Shown piece after piece: positions 46,161-57,883 of a stretch of DNA of 64,000 nucleotides. The notes beneath the pieces were generated by a model. That model was given only the letters and a program-made list of their open reading frames with translations, did no database searches and was not told the DNA's origin. Numbering within the stretch: position 1 is the first letter of the stretch; each line of letters begins with the position of its first letter. Made by a program: the position numbers and the translations under genes. Source of the DNA: Macrostomum lignano (taxonomy: Eukaryota); NCBI GenBank assembly GCA_002269645.1, contig NIVC01002869.1:62001-126000 (forward strand). Reading direction: 5' to 3'.

Positions 46161-47215
46161 CAGCCACTGTAATTGCGTGTGTACGGCATGCACAGCCACT
46201 GTAATTGCGTGTGTACGGCATGCACAGCCACTGTAATTGCGCGTGTACGGCATGTACAGCCACTGTAATTGCGTGTGTACGGCATGCACAGCCACTGTAA
46301 TTGCGTGTGTACGGCATGCACAGCCACTGTAATTGCGTGTGTACGGCATGCACAGCCACTGTAATTGCGCGTGTACGGCATGTACAGCCACTGTAATTGC
46401 GTGTGTACGGCATGCACAGCCACTGTAATTGCGCGTGTACGGCATGTACAGCCACTGTAATTGCGTGTGTACGGCATGCACAGCCACTGTAATTGCGTGT
46501 GTACGGCATGCACAGCCACTGTAATTGCGTGTGTACGGCATGTACAGCCACTGTAATTGCGTGTGTACGGCATGCACAGCCACTGTAATTGCGTGTGTAC
46601 GGCATGCACAGCCACTGTAATTGCGCGTGTACGGCATGTACAGCCACTGTAATTGCGTGTGTACGGCATGCACAGCCACTGTAATTGCGTGTGTACGGCA
46701 TGCACAGCCACTGTAATTGCGCGTGTACGGCATGTACAGCCACTGTAATTGCGTGTGTACGGCATGCACAGCCACTGTAATTGCGCGTGTACGGCATGTA
46801 CAGCCACTGTAATTGCGTGTGTACGGCATGCACAGCCACTGTAATTGCGTGTGTACGGCATGCACAGCCACTGTAATTGCGTGTGTACGGCATGTACAGC
46901 CACTGTAATTGCGTGTGTACGGCATGTACAGCCACTGTAATTGCGCGTGTACGGCATGCACAGCCACTGTAATTGCGCGTGTACGGCATGCACAGCCACT
47001 GTAATTGCGTGTGTACGGCATTTACAGCCACTGTAATTGCGCGTGTACGGCATGCACAGCCACTGTAATTGCGTGTGTACGGCATGCACAGCCACTGTAA
47101 TTGCGCGTGTACGGCATGTACAGCCACTGTAATTGCGTGTGTACGGCATGTACAGCCACTGTAATTGCGTGTGTACGGCATGTACAGCCACTGTAATTGC
47201 GTGTGTACGGCATGC
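46161..47215. repeat. 32-bp minisatellite
   Basis: CAGCCACTGTAATTGCGTGTGTACGGCATG(C/T)A, about 33 copies. Confidence 0.96.
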
Positions 47216-47527
47216 AAGCGCTGAGATTGTGGATGCATGTAGGGAGACTTTCGAACTCCCCCCCCCCCCGACTCACACCACCGTAGATTTCTGCTCAGAG
47301 CTGCTAACTCCCTGTCACAGAAAGCAGAACTGGATCTTAAGCCGAGCATTTTTATGCAATTGTATCGATTAGTGTGGAATCAAGCGACGTGTTGTGCAGT
47401 CGGCAACTGGACGGGCCACAACATCCACGCCGAGTCGTACTGCCCATAGCCGGTTTAGGAGGTGCTGCTTCTGACGCTGCAGGCACCCTACAAGCGAGGA
47501 CAAGCTTGCTCAACTGCCTAACAAGCT

Positions 47528-48700
47528 CGTGTCACTGTCGAACATGTTTGTGTCACTACTGCTTAACGTGTTTGTGTCACTGTCGAACGTGTTTGTGTCA
47601 CTGTCGAACATGTTTGTGTCACTACTGCCGAACGTGTTTGTGTCACTACTGCCGAACGTGTTTGTGTCACTGTCGAACATGTTTGTGTCACTGCCGAACA
47701 TGTTTGTGTCAATGCCGAATATGTTTATGTCACTGCCGAAAATGCTTGTGTCAATGCCAAATATGTTTATGTCACTGCCGAACGTGTTTGTGTCACTGTC
47801 AAACATGTTTATGTCACTGCCGAACATGTTTGTGTCACTGCCGAATATGTTTGTGTCACTGTCGAACGTGTTTGTGTTCCTGTCGAACATTTTTGTGTCA
47901 ATGACGAACGTGTTTGTGTCACTGTCGAACGTGCTTGTGTCACTACTGCAGAACGGGTTTGTGTCACTACTGCCGAACATGTTTGTGTCAATGTCGAACA
48001 TGTTTGTGTCAATGCCGAACGTGTTTGTGTCACTGTCGAACATGATTGTGTCACTACTGCCGAACGTGTTTGTGTCACTGTCGAACATGTTTGTGTCACT
48101 ACTGCCGAACGAGTTTGTGTCAATGCCGAACGTGTTTGTGTCACTGTCGAACATGTTTGTGTCACTGTCGAACATGTTTGTGTCAATGCCGAACGTGTTT
48201 GTGTCACTGTCGGACATGTTTGTGTCACTGTCGAACATGTTTGTGTCAATGCCGAACGTGTTTGTGTCACTGTCGAACGTGTTTGTGTCAATGTGTCAAT
48301 GCCGAACGTGTTTGTGTCACTACTGCCGAACATGTTTGTGTCACTACTGCCGAACATGTTTGTGTCACTACTGCCGAACATGTTTGTGTCACTACTGCCG
48401 AACGAGTTTGCGTCAATGCCGAACGTGTTTGTGTCACTGTCGAACGTGTTCGGTCAATGTGTCAATGCCGAACGTGTTTGTGTCAATGCCGAACGTGTTT
48501 GTGTCACTACTGCCGAACATGTTTGTGTCAATGCCGAATATGTTTATGTCACTGCCGAACATGTTTGTGTCACTGCCGAACATGTTTGTGTCACTGTCGA
48601 ACATGTTTGTGTCAATGCCGAACGTGTTTGTGTCACTGTCGAACATGTTTGTGTCACTGCCGAACATGTTTGTGTCACAGCCGAATGTGTTTGTGTCACT
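47528..48700. repeat. 21/24-bp minisatellite
   Basis: TGTTTGTGTCACT(ACT)G(T/C)CGAAC(A/G). Confidence 0.95.
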
Positions 48701-49389
48701 TCCGTGGCCAACATCCTATTGACTTTGCCATGAATGAATTATAATTCTTTCATGCATAAATGTAATCAAGTTTTTGTGTAACGAATTAAAAAGGACTCAA
48801 GGACTCAGAACAGAGTCTGTTAGATTCGATTTAATTATTCTGTTCATTCGATAATTAAATCTGGAGTAAAAATGCTGATATGACTAAAGTCAAGTAGAAT
48901 TCATGAAGTTGCGACACAGAACAGATAAGCACTAATTAGCATGGCTTCAAGAGATATGATGAAGGATTTGTATGAATGTTGGCTATATAAAAATCATTAC
49001 AGAGTCGGTGCCACCCGTCTGCATCATAAAACACAATTAAAAAATAATGCTTGCTAATCATTAAAGAAGACGACGCCACACGGTCGCATAAGCAATAAAA
49101 ATAATTTACAGCAAATCGCGTACAGTTAGAGGCAGGGTTGACACCTGAACCAATGATTAAATCCTAGATAACAGGTTCGCCTAGCAACTTATTAGGTTAC
49201 GCTCTAACTGAGCCAATTTCTACTGAAAATTGCTCGCTATTGCAAGCATTGAATTGCGATTTAAGCAAAATTTTTGCATATAGAACTCTAGAAGTCCCAC
49301 GTCAGATACATGCATTCGGGTCTAGTTGCGCGAAAATGGGTATAAGGGTTCAGTGACCCATTTTTCCTATAGGGATCCTCCTAGACATG

Positions 49390-49965
49390 GGGCTGCATGT
49401 GACCAGTGGAATGCTTGGGAATAGGGGTAGAGGTGACCAGTTGAATGCTTGGGAATAGGGGTAGAGGTGACCAGTGGAATGCTTGGGAATAGGGGTAGAG
49501 GTGACCAGAGGAATGCTTAGGAATAGGGGTAGAGGTGACCAGTGGAATGCTTGGGAATAGGGGTAGAGGTGACCAGTTGAATGCTTGGGAATAGGGGTAG
49601 AGGTGACCAGTTGAATGCTTGGGAATAGGGGTAGAGGTGACCAGTTGAATGCTTGGGAATGGGGGTAGAGGTGACCAGTGGAATGCTTGGGAATAGGGGT
49701 AGAGGTGACCAGTTGAATGCTTGGGAATGGGGGTAGAGGTGACCAGTGGAATGCTTGGGAATAGGGGTAGAGGTGACCAGTGGAATGCTTGGGAATAGGG
49801 GTAGAGGTGACCAGTTGAATGCTTGGGAATAGGGGTAGAGGTGACCAGTGGAATGCTTGGGAATAGGGGTAGAGGTGACCAGTTGAATGACTGGGAATAA
49901 GGGATAGAGGTGACCAGTGGAATGCTTGGGAATAGGGATAAAGGTGAACAATGGAATGCTTGGGA
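49390..49965. repeat. 34-bp minisatellite
   Basis: GTGACCAGTGGAATGCTTGGGAATAGGGGTAGAG. Confidence 0.95.
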
Positions 49966-50073
49966 ATAAAGTATATAGGTGGCCAGTTTAAAAAATACTG
50001 GACCCGCATTAGCTATGCTATGGACTTAAGCAATATTTTCCTGTACTTTTCATTAATTACAATAAATCATATT

Positions 50074-53000
50074 TTAACGTCCATTCTCTATGCTGGCGAC
50101 GCGTTGAACGAGGCTGTCTAATTGACGAGACAACTTTGACACGCCTCTCAAGCTCCAACCAATTTGATGCTCCAGGGCCGGCCGCTTGAGGGACAGCGGG
50201 TCATCTACGAATGAAGACTCTGCCGCTGTCGCGCTGCGGGTTCCAGAAGTGGGCGAGGAGAGGCTTGGGTTGTAAATGCTCAAAAATTTACTACACTGGA
50301 TTAATTTATTCTACGATTGAATGACGCAGCCCGATGAAAACGATATGGAGACCAAGAAGCGTTCCAGAGTCACTAAAAATAGTAAAGAAATGACTCTAGG
50401 CGACTCTAAAACGACGAGAAGTCACTGTACAAATCGTCTAAGAGTCAAGTTGAGGTGTTTTATTGTCTGCAACTCTGAAACGACTCTTGGGTGAGGCAAG
50501 GAACTCTGGGGCGCTTCTATGAAGGCTTTCAGGACATAAAGTCGTATCTGAGGCCTGCCAGAGTCGCCAAAGAATCGCTGAGTTGCGTCTAAAGCGCATC
50601 TGCGTCACTTTATGAATTAGAATCGCATTTTGCATTTATAAAAATTCTATTTAGACTACTTGAGTTAGTAGAATGTTAAGCACTAACACAACGACTCTTG
50701 GATGGCTTTTCTTGACTCTTTTACGATTCTGCAACTCAAGTGATGCGCTCGTGACTCAACAGTCGCCTCTCCGTCGCGTTACAGTCGTTTGAGTCGTCAC
50801 AAGAGTCGCCCCAGAGTCGCTAGAGTCACTGGTGAGTTGTTTGTAATGACTTTAAGCGATTCTTGTCACATGACGTTTTCGACAGGCACTACCAGACAAA
50901 AAATAATGCTTACGTTTGCGTCGCCGCGAGAGCCGCGACCTGCCTTTGCAGCAATATTACCCGGTAAGAGAGAGTGACAGCAGATATTGTGCATAGAAGG
51001 AGGCTGCAACGGTAAATGTTTACATAGGTTAAAGTGGTTCTTTTTTATTTTCCTCCTTTATAACTGTACAAATCAAGGTCACTAAAACTCCACTTTCAAC
51101 AAATTCAAGATGGCTAAGAGAACGGTGGCTTTCGGTTCTTAATATGCTGGAGGGACAGTGGCTTTGGTCATGGATATCCTGGAGGGACAGTGGCTTTGGT
51201 CCTGGATATCCTGGAGGGAAAGTGGCTTTGGTCCTGGATATCCTGGAGGGACAGTGGCTTTGGTCCTGGATATCCTGGAGGGACAGTGGCTTTGGTCCTG
51301 GATATCCTGGAGGGAGAGTGGCTTTGGTCCTGGATATCCTGGAGGGACAGTGGCTTTGGTCTTGAATATCCTGGAGGGACAGTGGCTTTGGTCCTGGATA
51401 TCCTGGAGGGACAGTGGCTTTGGTCCTGGATATCCTGGAGGGACAGTGGCTTTGGTCCTGGATATCCTGGAGGGACAGTGGCTGTGGTCCTGGATATCCT
51501 GGAGGGAGAGTGGCTTTGGTCCTGGATATCCTGGAGGGACAGTGGCTTTGGTCCTGGATATCCCGGAGGGACAGTGGCTTTGGTCCTGGATATCCCGGAA
51601 GGAGTGGCTTTGGTCCTGGATAACCGGGAGGGACAGTGGCTTTGGTCCTGGATATCCTGGAGGGAAAGTGGCTTTGGTCCTGGATAACCGGGAGGGACAG
51701 TAGCTTTGGTCCTGGATATCCTGGAGGGACAGTGGCTTTGGTCCTGGATATCCTGGAGGGACAGTGGCTTTGGTCCTGGATAACCGGGAGAGACAGTGGC
51801 TTTGGTCCTGGATAACCGGCAGGGACAGTGGCTTTGGTCCTGGATATCCTGGAGGGACAGTGGCTTTGGTCCTGGATAACCGGTAGGGACAGTGGCTTTG
51901 GTCCTGGATATCCTGGAGGGACAGTGGCTTTGGTCTTGGATATCCTGGAGGGACAGTGGCTTTGGTCGTGGATTGATAGTTCGTCCAGCTATAGCGCCAG
52001 CGTACGAGAGCGGGATAGCAGACGAAGACAACAACTCACAGCATCAGAGAGAGAACTGCCCCCGCTGACACCCAAGTGAGTCGCGGTGCGTATCGAACAG
52101 GAGTAGCCAGTTTTGCCAGCCAGCGGTGGCAGACACTGGTCAATCTTCCAGTCTCCGTAGCTGGCTGATTTCTGTTCGTCTCTAACTGCCGGTCCTCTTG
52201 CTGTTCCTCTTGCTCCTCCTCCTCCTCCTCCTCCTCCAAATTGCCATCGAGCTCTTCTCCGTCGTCCTCTATTCGGTCGCCGACGTCCTGTTGTAACTGC
52301 AGCTGCTGAGCAACTGGGCTGGCGTCGAATCCCGAGTCACCGGAGTCGTCCGTTGAAGCTTCGACCTGACTGACGACGGCCTGTTGATTGGATTGAGAGC
52401 GGGATGTGGAATATTTCTTCAGCTTTAACCGGGTTAGTTCCTTAGTTTCTTAAGGAAAATTATGTTTATAGCCGGCTATCTAGCCAAAGATATCAGAATC
52501 CTCCTATGAGCCTTGACATCTCAGTAGTAAGCCTTGACTTCTCAGCAGTTCCCACATGAGCCTTGACATCTTGGTAATCCCCCATGAGCCTTGACATATC
52601 AGCAATCCCCCATGAGCCTTGACAAATCAGCAATCCCCCATGAGCCTTGACATATCAGCAATCCCCCCATGAGCCTTGAAAAACCAAGCCCAACCAAACC
52701 TTAAACCTTGGCATTTCAGCCACCTGTACGAGCTTAGTAAGTGCGTAATTAATAACTCATACTAGTTAATGTAAGGCAGAAGCAGAAATCTGGAAACAAA
52801 TACTCGTAGAATAGGAAAGAAGAGAAGAGAGACGGCCACAAACTCAATGGATTCTGAATTTCTATTCTTAGAGCGAATCACGCCACCATTTTGCTTACGG
52901 GGAGTGGCGAGCAAAAGGCGTGACTGCGAACTTAATAGCATAAACTTAGAAAGAGCCCTGTCAGTAGAATTAAATATGAAACTCTAACTGCTTGTCAAAC

Positions 53001-56000
53001 TTTGCTCATCTATTTTCAACTCGAAGATCTGAGGCGCATTTTAGCCTATCTGAGCTACAGTCTAGCCTCAATCTGAGCTACAGTCTAGCCTCAATCTGAG
53101 CTACAGTCTAGCCTCAATCTGAGCTACAGTCTGGCCTCAATCTGAGCTACAGTCTAGCCTCAATCTGAGCTACAGTCTAGCCTCAATCTGAGCTACAGTC
53201 TAGCCTCAATCTGAGCTACAGTCTAGCCTCAATCTGAGCTACAGTCTAGCCTCAATCTGAGCTACAGTCTAGCCTCAATCTGAGCTACAGTCTAGCCTCA
53301 ATCTGAGCTACAGTCTAGCCTCAATCTGAGCTACAGTCTAGCCTCAATCTGAGCTACAGTCTAGCCTCAATCTGAGCTACAGTCTAGCCTCAATCTGAGC
53401 TACAGTCTAGCCTCAATCTGAGCTACAGTCTAGCCTCAATCTGAGCTACAGTCTAGCCTCAATCTGAGCTACAGTCTAGCCTCAATCTGAGCTACAGTCT
53501 AGCCTCAATCTGAGCTACAGTCTAGCCTCAATCTGAGCTACAGTCTAGCCTCAATCTGAGCTACAGTCTAGCCTCAATCTGAGCTACAGTCTAGCCTCAA
53601 TCTGAGCTACAGTCTAGCCTCAATCTGAGCTACAGTCTAGCCTCAATCTGAGCTACAGTCTAGCCTCAATCTGAGCTACAGTCTAGCCTCAATCTGAGCT
53701 ACAGTCTAGCCTCAATCTGAGCTACAGTCTAGCCTCAATCTGAGCTACAGTCTAGCCTCAATCTGAGCTACAGTCTAGCCTCAATCTGAGCTACAGTCTA
53801 GCCTCAATCTGAGCTACAGTCTAGCCTCAATCTGAGCTACAGTCTAGCCTCAATCTGAGCTACAGTCTAGCCTCAATCTGAGCTACAGTCTAGCCTCAAT
53901 CTGAGCTACAGTCTAGCCTCAATCTGAGCTACAGTCTAGCCTCAATCTGAGCTACAGTCTAGCCTCAATTTGAGCAAACCAAAGCAACCTAAAAGATGCG
54001 TCCTCACCAGAGCAGCGTGGGATTCTACAATTGCGCTGGCACTGTTCGCTGCATCAGCTGAGGCATCCCAGGCGGACTGCAGCTGCTGCAGCAGTCGATC
54101 TCGGGAGCCAATGTTTGAGAAGGTTACCTAAAAAAGTGTGACAAAAGAAGCATTTTTTATATTAAATAGTTAATGCAGATTGGCAAAGCTTATGACTCAA
54201 GTTATTTTTCTGATGCCCAAAACATAGTGACTTAGAGCTTTATGACATAGATCCTTATGACTCAGATCCTTATGAACCAGATCCATATGACCCAGATCCT
54301 TATGACCCGGATCCTTATGACCCAGATCCTTATGACCCAGATCCTTATGACCAAGATTCTTATGACCCAGATCCTTATGACCCAGATCCTTATGACCCAG
54401 ATCCTTATCACCCAGATCCTTATCATCCAGATCCTTATGACCCAGATCCTTATCATCCAGATCCTTATGACCTAGATTCAAATGACCTAGATTCTTATGA
54501 CCCAGATCCTTATGACCCAGATCCTTATGACCCAGATCCTTATGACCCAGATCCTTATGACCCAGATCCTTATGACCCAGATCCTTATGACTCAGATCCT
54601 TATCATCCAGATCCTTATGACCCAGATCCTTATCATCCAGATCCTTATGACCCAGATCCTTATGACCTAGATTCAAATGACCTAGATTCAAATGACCTAG
54701 ATCCTTATGACCCAGATCCTTATGACCCAGATCCTTTTGACCCAGATCCTTATGACCCAGATCCTTATCACCCAGATCCTTATCATCCAGATCCTTATGA
54801 CCCAGATCCTTATCATCCAGATCCTTATGACCTAGATTCAAATGATTTAGATTCTTATGACCCAGATCCTTATGACCCAGATCCTTATGACCCAGATCCT
54901 TATGACCCAGATCCTTATGACCCAGATCCTTATGATCCAGATCCTTATGACCCAGATCCTTATGACCCAGATCCTTATCATCCAGATCCTTATGACCTAG
55001 ATTCAAATGACCTAGATTCTTATGACCCAGATCCTTATGACCCAGATCCTTATGACGCAGATCCTTATGACCCAGATCCTTATGACCCAGATCCTTATGA
55101 CCCAGATCCTTATCACCCAGATCCTTATCATCCAGATCCTTATGACCCAGATCCTTATCATCCAGATCCTTATGACCTAGATTCAAATGACCTAGATTCT
55201 TATGACCCAGATCCTTATGACCCAGATCCTTATGACTCAGATCCTTATGACCCAGATCCTTATGACCCAGATTCTTATGACCCAGATCCTTATGACCCAG
55301 ATCCTTATCACCCAGATCCTTATCATCCAGATCCTTATGACCCAGATCCTTATCATCCAGATCCTTATGACCTAGATTCAAATGACCTAGATTCTTATGA
55401 CCCAGATCCTTATGACCCAGATCCTTATGACCCAGATCCTTATGACCCAGATCCTTATGACCCAGATCCTTATGATCCAGATCCTTATGACCCAGATCCT
55501 TATGACCCTGATCCTTATCATCCAGATCCTTATGACCTAGATTCAAATGACCTAGATTCTTATGACCCAGATCCTTATGACCCAGATCCTTATGACGCAG
55601 ATCCTTATGACCCAGATCCTTATGACCCAGATCCTTATGACCCAGATCCTTATGACCCAGATCCTTATGACCCAGATCCTTATGACCCAGATCCTTATGA
55701 CCCAAATGCAAAACTCGTAATGCACTGTAAGCCTCTCACCGCCCGCTGAGCCGTGGCGATTCTGATCCCGGTGGGAAACAGGGAGAAAACCTTCTCCTTG
55801 CAGATGGAGACGACGTCAGAGAATTTTAGTTTCACCTGATATCGTAATTGTGAATCAGTTTGCACTTTTGTCAGTAATCAATCATGTGTGAATGCCAAGG
55901 TAATGGTTCTGCAGCAAAACTTACCTCCGGGGTGAGGCTGGGCAGTGCCGGCCAGAAGCAGATGTGACGGCGAGTGATCACGATGGTGCCGCGTGCGGGC

Positions 56001-56477
56001 ACGTCCGATACGCAAAATGCAGGCATGGCTTCAAGTTTGGGGTGGTGGGGTGGAGATTTTTATCCTCATATACTTGCCGAAATCTGCTTTTTCTGATCAT
56101 TCAATTATCGATCATATGATTTCATTTCTTCTTCCACATTACTTCTATCCTAATCCTTCAAGGACTTCTATCCTAATCCTTCAAGGACTTCTATCCTAAT
56201 CCTTCAAGGACTTCTATCCTAATCCTCCAAAGACTTCTATCCTAATCCTCCAAATACTTCTAACCTAATCCTCCAAAGACTTCTATCCTAATCCTCCAAG
56301 GACTTCTATCCTAATCCTCATTGTCTCACTTGTCACAATGCTGTCCCTGTGCGACAGTCGCAGCCTTCTAGTCAGCTTGTTCAGCTTTTGACTGATGCTT
56401 CTTCGTCGAGTCCCAGAGGCGGCGGCGACCGGCTGCGCCTTTTCTATCGTTTGCGGATCCTGTTGTGACCGACGCAT
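50074..56477 (-). CDS. GRAM-domain protein with C-terminal TM and coiled coil (GRAMD2-like, 357 aa); exons 56477-56330, 56028-55925, 55835-55740, 54127-54008, 52440-52040, 50278-50074
   Basis: GRAM pattern FCVSDVPARGTIVITRRHICFW|VKLKFSDVVSICKEKVFSLFPTGIRIAT|VTFSNIGSRDRLLQQLQSAW; acidic linker; TM WVSAGAVLSLMLIY. All five introns are GT-AG and phase-consistent (1074 nt). Confidence 0.85.
50330..50886. mobile_element. CACTA/EnSpm-like MITE, copy 3
   Basis: CCCGATGAAAA...TTTTCGACAGG; flanks CAG/CAC; extensive similarity to 29899-30438. Confidence 0.78.
51143..51965. repeat. 32-bp minisatellite in GRAM-gene intron 5
   Basis: CAGTGGCTTTGGTCCTGGATATCCTGGAGGGA. Confidence 0.95.
52505..52680. repeat. 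27-bp minisatellite
   Basis: CCCCATGAGCCTTGACATATCAGCAAT. Confidence 0.85.
53049..53970. repeat. Near-perfect 23-bp minisatellite in GRAM-gene intron 4
   Basis: TCTGAGCTACAGTCTAGCCTCAA, about 40 copies. Confidence 0.97.
54240..55705. repeat. 15-bp minisatellite with higher-order structure filling GRAM-gene intron 3
   Basis: TATGACCCAGATCCT with recurring variant blocks; source of the (HKDLG)n ORF. Confidence 0.97.
56155..56318. repeat. 23-bp minisatellite in GRAM-gene intron 1
   Basis: AGGACTTCTATCCTAATCCTTCA. Confidence 0.88.
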
Positions 56478-57883
56478 TGCTGCTGCTGTGTATATTGTTC
56501 TGAGAGGGGTTGGTCAGTGGCTTGCTTCAATTTATAGACTGCAAAGATAGCCTTGCAAACCAGCATTACTCATGGTGAGAACGGGGAGTGCGATCATGAG
56601 TTGATGCATGCGTACACTGTGTGAGCTATGTATATGAACTCTGTGTGCTCTCTCTCTCTCTCTCTCTCTGTAAAATTGGCCTCCATATACCCTATGAAGT
56701 GGGGGCGGGCCCCATTCGCGACCCTTTTTTTGGGGGGGGGGCTCGTTTTCTGGTTCATAGGCGGCCCTCTGCGCAATTCAATGGAAATATTGAGAAGAAA
56801 CAGGCTATAACTTGTGAGTTCTGTTTGACTTTATACTGTGGAACTATTCTGGATATGCAGCGAAGGCACAGCTCATTCCTGTTGCGTCATTCTCTCATTG
56901 ACGAGCATGATCTAGATCGTACTCACCACTGAGCTGCATGAATTTATCTGCATGAATACACCAGTGAGTCTCATGCAAGTATAAATGCATTTTACATAAG
57001 CAACTGTTTGCGTTTGCATGCGTGGGTGACGCAATTATTTGTTTAAATAACCAGGGGCTCGGAGCTAATGCATATTGGTATGCGCACTGACTCGGCAGCT
57101 CAAGCATCATTTAGCTACTCCTCAGCAACAGATAACTATACTCATGCAGCAACAGATAACAGTATACTCAGCAACAGATAACAGTATACTCAGCAACCGA
57201 TAACTATGCTCAGCCGGTAGCTTTAGCGTCCACTCAATTGAAGTGGCGCCGCCTCTACCCCCAATTCCCCACAGACGCGGATCCAATGAAAGATCTTGTT
57301 GGCCACACCTCAGATGTCACGACCAGTGACCAGTTCCTCACACGTTATACTGAATCACCACCAAAGGTATAAGCTAGTGCGTACTACTCGTGCTGTTTGG
57401 TCATTATTTCAGTCCGTGAACTAAGCAACGTCATTGTAGCAATGACACACGGTCATTGTCCATGACCTTTTTGCCCGGCGGGAACTTAACCATTCTCTTT
57501 AATACCATACTCGTAGACTACATTTAGTTAATTAGTTAACAAAAGTAAAAGTCAAAACATTAACTGCCCGCAAAATTGCTGATTCAGTAAGCTTCGTTTT
57601 CATCAAATGAAAGTGTCGATGGTTGAAATTAGGTGCTTCGCCCAAAGATCATATACACGTACACAGGATGGCCCACTCATTAACCATGCACTTATGTGGC
57701 CATAGAAGACAATTATAAAATTTTTCGCAACTCGCGACAGCGCGAAAATCATAACTACTGAACTCAATTTCATATATCTTGCATATATCTTTTTTAGTTT
57801 GCTTGAATAGCTTTTTATTTAATTTCTTGAAAAGTTCTATCACATTCTCAATATTTAGCGTTTATGTCCCTAAGCTACTCGTA

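Noticed and set aside
47374-47520. GC-rich stretch between two minisatellites as a coding exon
   Set aside because: All minus-strand frames after the candidate acceptor close within about 45 codons, and the plus frame runs into the repeat; no family recognised.
46161-55705. Tandem arrays as CRISPR or as coding repeats (including the 504-aa HKDLG ORF and Cys-rich CRTCLCH ORFs)
   Set aside because: No unique spacers or cas genes, and the context is eukaryotic. The HKDLG frame is not in frame with GRAM exon 3 (read-through hits TAA), and the array lies inside a well-supported intron.
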